A stretch of 64,000 nt of DNA, taken from IMG/VR virus record IMGVR_UViG_3300035698_010625, positions 1 to 64,000 of that record, one strand, 5' to 3'. The notes beneath the pieces were generated by a model. The model was not told the origin of the DNA, did no database searches, and saw nothing but the letters and a program-made list of their open reading frames with translations. How positions within the stretch are numbered: position 1 is the stretch's first letter; each line of letters opens with the position of its first letter. The DNA is from a virus. The position numbers and the translations under genes are program-made. Below, one piece after another: positions 59,726 through 64,000 of the stretch.

Positions 59726-59923
59726 AAGTTAGTACTTAATCGCTCTACGGAGAGGAAAGTCGGGACAAGCGGCATGATCGTGTGGGAGGAGTTAACTCCG
59801 CTTTACCACCGTGACATAGCTTGCAACACAAACAGGATTAGACAAATTGTGCATCAATGATATCCGGGTTGTGGCCAATAGACGAATGATAGCATAGAAC
59901 AGGATCCCGCTTACGGATTACTT
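59726..59923 (+). ncRNA. minimal RNase P RNA (rnpB-like)
   Basis: GAGGAAAGTCGGGA (CR-I) pairs with AACAGGATCCCGCTTA (CR-V) as P4 with bulged U; AGACGAATGAT (CR-IV); P5, P15 and L15 GGU can be drawn. Confidence 0.8.
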
Positions 59924-60212
59924 ACTACTTACAAGGAGCAAATGATGAGCAAGGTATACCCTCACTCAAGCACTAAGCAACGCGAACGATACGTGAAACA
60001 AAACGCTATTAAAGGCGAACGCTCTATCGGGCAAACTGATGCTTCAGTAGGCTGGTATGGACTTACAGTAAATTGGAAAGCTATTGTGCGTGGTGCACCG
60101 TGTTACATTACAACTAACTAAAAGGAGCAAGATATGCGCTTGATGAATTTAGAGCACCTCCTTAAATTGTGATTTTTGGTAAAACACTAATTCACACTTA
60201 AGGAAACATCTA

Positions 60213-60590
60213 ATGAAAATCACTTATCTCAAAATTAAAGTAAAGTCACTAGCAGCAGAGTCACGCATGATCCGCCAAGAGGAGTTGAAACTCAAACGTC
60301 GATACCAGGCGATTAAACTGTTGGACAATCAGTATGACACTGCAGCAGAAGAGGGAGACATAAGGTCTACTCGTTTAGGTCTTTATGAACACCGTACAGA
60401 TGATGTACGTCGAGAGTCGCGTGTAGCTAATATTGCTTACGGTCTACTTCGAGGAAGAGAGTATAGCAAAATTGAGCGAGGAGTTCGGGAGTTTAATCAA
60501 CCGAAATGGACACGCGTTACAAAGTTGATTGAGAAGTATTCAAACAGTGAGGAGCAGAAGGTTAAAGCTTTTCAACTGATTGAGCAGTAA
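60213..60590 (+). CDS. conserved phage hypothetical protein
   Basis: LKIKVKSLAAESRMIR..R...IAYGLLRGREY. Confidence 0.65.
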   Translation: MKITYLKIKVKSLAAESRMIRQEELKLKRRYQAIKLLDNQYDTAAEEGDIRSTRLGLYEHRTDDVRRESRVANIAYGLLRGREYSKIERGVREFNQPKWTRVTKLIEKYSNSEEQKVKAFQLIEQ

Positions 60591-60597
60591 ATATCAT

Positions 60598-60624
60598 GAC
60601 GGAGCGCTTCGGCGCTCTCGTTTT
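60598..60624 (+). terminator. UUCG hairpin terminator
   Basis: GAGCGC-TTCG-GCGCTC followed by TCGTTTT. Confidence 0.6.
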
Positions 60625-60838
60625 GGCTGACACGGTGACTACCTGGCTTTCAATCCAAAGGAGTTTAGGGTTCGATTCCCTTATCAGCCACCAAATTTTA
60701 GGAGAGGCATTATGAGTATATTTGCTTGGATTGTTTTTCCATTTTTATTCCCCGTGGTTGTCGCAATGTTTTGGGTGCTGACACATGTGGATCCATACAC
60801 TGGTAAGGTTCATTGGAATCTTACGTGGTAAACGATAT

Positions 60839-61128
60839 CATGTAGTAGTTTAAATGTTGGCATTATGAGGAAAGGTGAAGATTATTTGAAAGTAAAATTA
60901 AGTTAGTAGCAATTCTGTAGTGGTGATGTAACGAGACGTGTAGGTAAAAACGTGAGCCAAATGAAAGATTGGACAGGCATCATCATCGAGGGCGTTGCGA
61001 ATTCTTCTTTTGAACCCTTTAATTAGTAACCTTTACTTACGTGTCACACGGAAAAACGCTAGGAACCCCCCCGCTTACGCGTCTCTTAATCCTGGATATC
61101 CACGGTTCAATACCGGGCTACATGGCCA
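60839..61128 (+). ncRNA. ~290-nt tRNA-scaffolded RNA
   Basis: CATGTAG/CTACATG-GCCA acceptor, T arm, D stem GTTT/AAAC around ~195-nt insert, enlarged anticodon loop. Confidence 0.6.
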
Positions 61129-61152
61129 ATTTCTTGAAACGGAGTTTATAAT

Positions 61153-61398
61153 ATGAATGATTATTTTAATGCGTTTATTATGATTTTGGTTATAGCGATA
61201 GTAACAAATGTTGGTTGGATTATTAATTATGATGATCTTAAAACACTTCATGAAAAGGCGTTAAGTATTCATAAGATTGAAGTCATGCAACATAGACAAG
61301 CTATTTGTCGTAGTGCAACAGCTGAACACGCAACTAATACTGCTACACTCTTCGAAGCAATCAATAAGCTCAATTCTGCTGCTAAGGCTGCAGAATAA
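61153..61398 (+). CDS. small membrane-anchored protein
   Basis: N-terminal TM; RBS GGAG. Confidence 0.5.
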   Translation: MNDYFNAFIMILVIAIVTNVGWIINYDDLKTLHEKALSIHKIEVMQHRQAICRSATAEHATNTATLFEAINKLNSAAKAAE

Positions 61399-61459
61399 TT
61401 TACTTTAATGGCATAAGATATACCTTGCCAAGAAGGTCGAAACCATATATAATGGTACT

Positions 61460-62347
61460 ATAATCTGAACACAAACTAATAGATTGGGTCGCGTGGGATC
61501 CATAAGATAAGTAGCAGTAATGTTACGAAAGGCTATCTCATTTACGGATAGCGCCACTTTTATGAAGGTGGACATCTACGCAAGCCAAGCTCTTTACGGG
61601 TACCTCCGGGTGCTCTGGAAGATAAGTTGTGACCGACAAACACATCCAGGCCAACGGTGAGGATGATAGATTCCGCAAGAATCTCGGGTCAAGCAAAAGC
61701 AACGAACTTCAATGAGCAAAGGGTAGATTGAAAAGTTAAGCTTGCAGGTAAGGCTTTCAATCAATACGATAGGTGAAAGAAGATACAGCCTTCTGGAATC
61801 TAGAAATATTGCTAAGTAGCTCGCAAGGCGAAAGGTACGAGGTGGGTGGTATTTGGTAACTCAAAGGTTATTGAGCCACAGGCATTCGCTCATCTTAAAA
61901 TGTAAATATGTAAACGGAATAGGGGAATAGGTACACCCGCCCGGCCGCCAAAGCCAGGATCTGTTGGTTCGAATCCAACTTTCGTTATCAACTTTGTATT
62001 GATAACAAATCTTAAATGCAAAGACGAATGCCACCGTGAAGTGGAAATTGCTTAATCCTCAAACCCATAGGGTAATTGAGGTTCAGGATGCTCGCAAGGC
62101 GGATTGAATTAGTTGGAGTCACAGGTAAATTCTTAGCGGAGTTACACAGCCCAGCAAGGCTGACCGGTCGATGAATGCTGAAAAGCTCGCGGATAGAGGA
62201 ATCGCTACCTCTTTAAACAAAGCAGCAATGGTTGATTACTATGCCGCTCTTCGGAGGGTAAAGTGGAAAAGAGAAGAACCTAGCGGATCGCACCGTGTGG
62301 ATAATTTCTCGAAGGATCAACTGCATATGAGTATATTCTCAACTCAT
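61460..62347 (+). ncRNA. large structured ncRNA, GOLLD-like, with embedded tRNA-like element (61913-61990)
   Basis: Own promoter (-10 at 61448-53); ~890 nt without credible ORF; many GCAA/GNRA hairpins; GGCATTCG/CGAATGCC helix flanking the insert; terminal TGAG-TATATTCTCAA-CTCA hairpin. Confidence 0.65.
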
Positions 62348-62557
62348 CTGTTTACTTATGGCAGGTTGTACGTTCTCTGCCTTAAACGTACTGGCTTTCT
62401 GGGGAGGCTCAGATAACCGGGTAGTTCACCTAACTACCTGCCATAAGTAAATAGGAAGATAATATGAACATTGATAAAGTTGAACTTCAGAAGATCTTTC
62501 TTGAAGTTTTTACTAAACACCCAGAAGCTGCAAAGATTTTTCTAAAGGGTAATAACT

Positions 62558-62857
62558 ATGAGCACGACCCCTACAAGAAGTTTGAGAGTTGAAAGATCAT
62601 ATACAAATAAGTTTAACCAAGTAATTGAAGTTGGTGATGAAGTAGTATTTGTTGCAACTTCTTGGGGTGGTACTGATATTCGCCAAGGTGTTTATCTTGG
62701 ATATTACCCACGCACTGGTTGGGATGGTCGCCCTGCACTTCATGCTGCTAGTGTATCATACATTGGTAAGGAGTGGGATGGAAGAAAATGGATTGACGAT
62801 GCAGTACTTCATTCTGTTCTTGAACTCGGTCGTGTTTTCAAAATTGAGAAAGTATAA
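62558..62857 (+). CDS. hypothetical protein (paralog of next ORF)
   Basis: N...Q.IEVGD.V...R.G.Y.G...R.FKI pattern. Confidence 0.6.
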   Translation: MSTTPTRSLRVERSYTNKFNQVIEVGDEVVFVATSWGGTDIRQGVYLGYYPRTGWDGRPALHAASVSYIGKEWDGRKWIDDAVLHSVLELGRVFKIEKV

Positions 62858-63174
62858 TGGCATTCCTCGAAGAGTCATTTGTCAATGAAATCGGGCAACG
62901 TATTGAAGTTGGGGATCGTGTAATAGCGGTCGCACATGGATACAATCTCAACTGCCGTCCTGGTATCTATGAAGGTTATCACAGTCATGGCGAACAATAT
63001 TATACTATCTCACAACTTGTAGAAACTGCAGATGGTGGGTTTAAGAAAGATGAACGTGGTAATTATGTGAGATATACGAAAAAACATTATTACATTCGAA
63101 TGTTACATCGCGTATTGTACGATGAAGGTTGGCGTGGAATACTTCAGAATGGTAACATTTTCAAAATTGCATAA
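62857..63174 (+). CDS. hypothetical protein (paralog of previous ORF)
   Basis: NEIGQRIEVGDRV...RPGIYEG...IFKI. Confidence 0.6.
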   Translation: MAFLEESFVNEIGQRIEVGDRVIAVAHGYNLNCRPGIYEGYHSHGEQYYTISQLVETADGGFKKDERGNYVRYTKKHYYIRMLHRVLYDEGWRGILQNGNIFKIA

Positions 63175-63178
63175 CAAT

Positions 63179-63268
63179 GGCATTGTGGTGGAACTAAGGT
63201 ATACACAGCGTCTTCAAAAGCCGCCGGTCTTTGAGACTATGAGGGTTCGACTCCCTCCGATGCTACCA
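63179..63268 (+). tRNA. tRNA-Leu(CAA)
   Basis: Long variable arm, CCA. Confidence 0.88.
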
Positions 63269-63381
63269 AGTTTAGGTTAACGAGTAACAGGCTTATAAGA
63301 AGTCGCGGTTCTTAGGTTCCTCTCCATACTGTTAATTTGGAGGAAAAGTTACTCACTCACACTATACAAAGGATCTTTATT

Positions 63382-63831
63382 ATGGGTATTATTAAACGTG
63401 ATAGTATGCTTGGCCGTTGGATCTTTTCACCCAATACTTTTATCTATCAAGATGCTAAACTCTCTAGTGTTGAAACTATTAATTCTTGTCAAATTGTGCA
63501 AATGATTCTTTGGCGGTGCTTTGTAACTGTCGCAGTACTTTTTCTTGGATTTGTACTTGGTACACTAACCATCGGCTTGGTTACTGGGTTAGGCACTATG
63601 GTTGGTTTTTTCGACTTTGCTGCAATTTTCTTGTATGATTCATATTTTGGTGGTGCAGTAATGCTAGCTGGATTGATGTCAGTAATGGGATTAGTTATCG
63701 CTGGTTCATATTATTTTGAAGAATGGAAGATAGCCCGTCAGCACAAGCCCCGTGATGTTGACTCTGTTGTTGAAATCATGTATGATGGTTTCAAAAATAA
63801 GTTCTGCCCAATTTTTAAGGTAGTCGATTAA
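63382..63831 (+). CDS. membrane protein
   Basis: Hydrophobic segments; C-terminal K.KFCP motif. Confidence 0.6.
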   Translation: MGIIKRDSMLGRWIFSPNTFIYQDAKLSSVETINSCQIVQMILWRCFVTVAVLFLGFVLGTLTIGLVTGLGTMVGFFDFAAIFLYDSYFGGAVMLAGLMSVMGLVIAGSYYFEEWKIARQHKPRDVDSVVEIMYDGFKNKFCPIFKVVD

Positions 63832-64000
63832 ATGAAGTATTATGTAGATTCTATGAGACATTTGGTATGTGTGCCTTACAGTATATCTAATCTACATAAA
63901 TGGCAGAAGTGTTAGAAATTAATCGTTGTTGGTTTCACAAAAATCATTACGACGTACCTAAAAGAAGAATCAAAGAAATCCAAGCAAAAGCTACATTAGT

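Noticed and set aside
60839-61128. tmRNA
   Set aside because: No G3:U70 alanine identity, has D and anticodon stems, no tag-peptide frame recognisable
51226-62416. ORF-track calls overlapping RNA genes (51682, 51868, 52038, 52992, 53528, 54247, 57479, 62171; 5' extensions of 51226 and 58403)
   Set aside because: They overlap clear tRNA/ncRNA structures and lack RBS or protein-like composition
50877-63268. Theta (HDV-like) ribozymes at tRNA 3' ends
   Set aside because: tRNA trailers are AT-rich and I could not draw the nested double pseudoknot; a motif search would be needed to exclude them fully

Overview
This is a 64 kb segment of a large T4-like myovirus genome (AT-rich, standard code). 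From 1 to 26.3 kb it holds the late virion module: tail-fibre end, gp15/13/14, gp16-gp23 and gp3, with TATAAATA late promoters. Two insertions interrupt this module. One is a CCA-adding enzyme followed by small hydrolases carrying T4-like capsid-targeting N-termini. The other is 6.8 kb of collagen and beta-helix structural genes between the portal and prohead-core genes. From 26.3 to 42.7 kb lie recombination, replication and transcription genes (uvsY, uvsW, gp55, gp47/46, gp45/44/62, regA), peptide deformylase, and a cytosine-hypermodification cluster. That cluster has a dCMP hydroxymethylase-like gene, glycosyltransferases, an intact plus a catalytically degenerate C5-methyltransferase-like pair, and an Apyc1-like hydrolase. 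Small minus-strand genes occupy 42.7-47.8 kb. They are followed by a symmetric repeat/divergent-promoter switch point (47.8-48.35 kb) flanked by GC-rich early genes. From 50.5 to 63.3 kb is an RNA-gene island. It has about 32 tRNAs covering all 20 amino acids, about 10 aberrant tRNA-like RNAs, a circularly permuted tRNA-like RNA, a ~290-nt tRNA-scaffolded RNA, a ~890-nt GOLLD-like RNA with an embedded tRNA-like element, and a ~200-nt minimal RNase P RNA. The strongest candidate for a new system is a phage-encoded tRNA maturation/repair kit (mini RNase P RNA, CCA enzyme, conserved CAAU leaders, tRNA mimics). The next candidates are a putative virion-packaged nucleotide-hydrolase cassette and the unusual DNA-modification cluster. 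All calls come from manual reading; no database searches were run.
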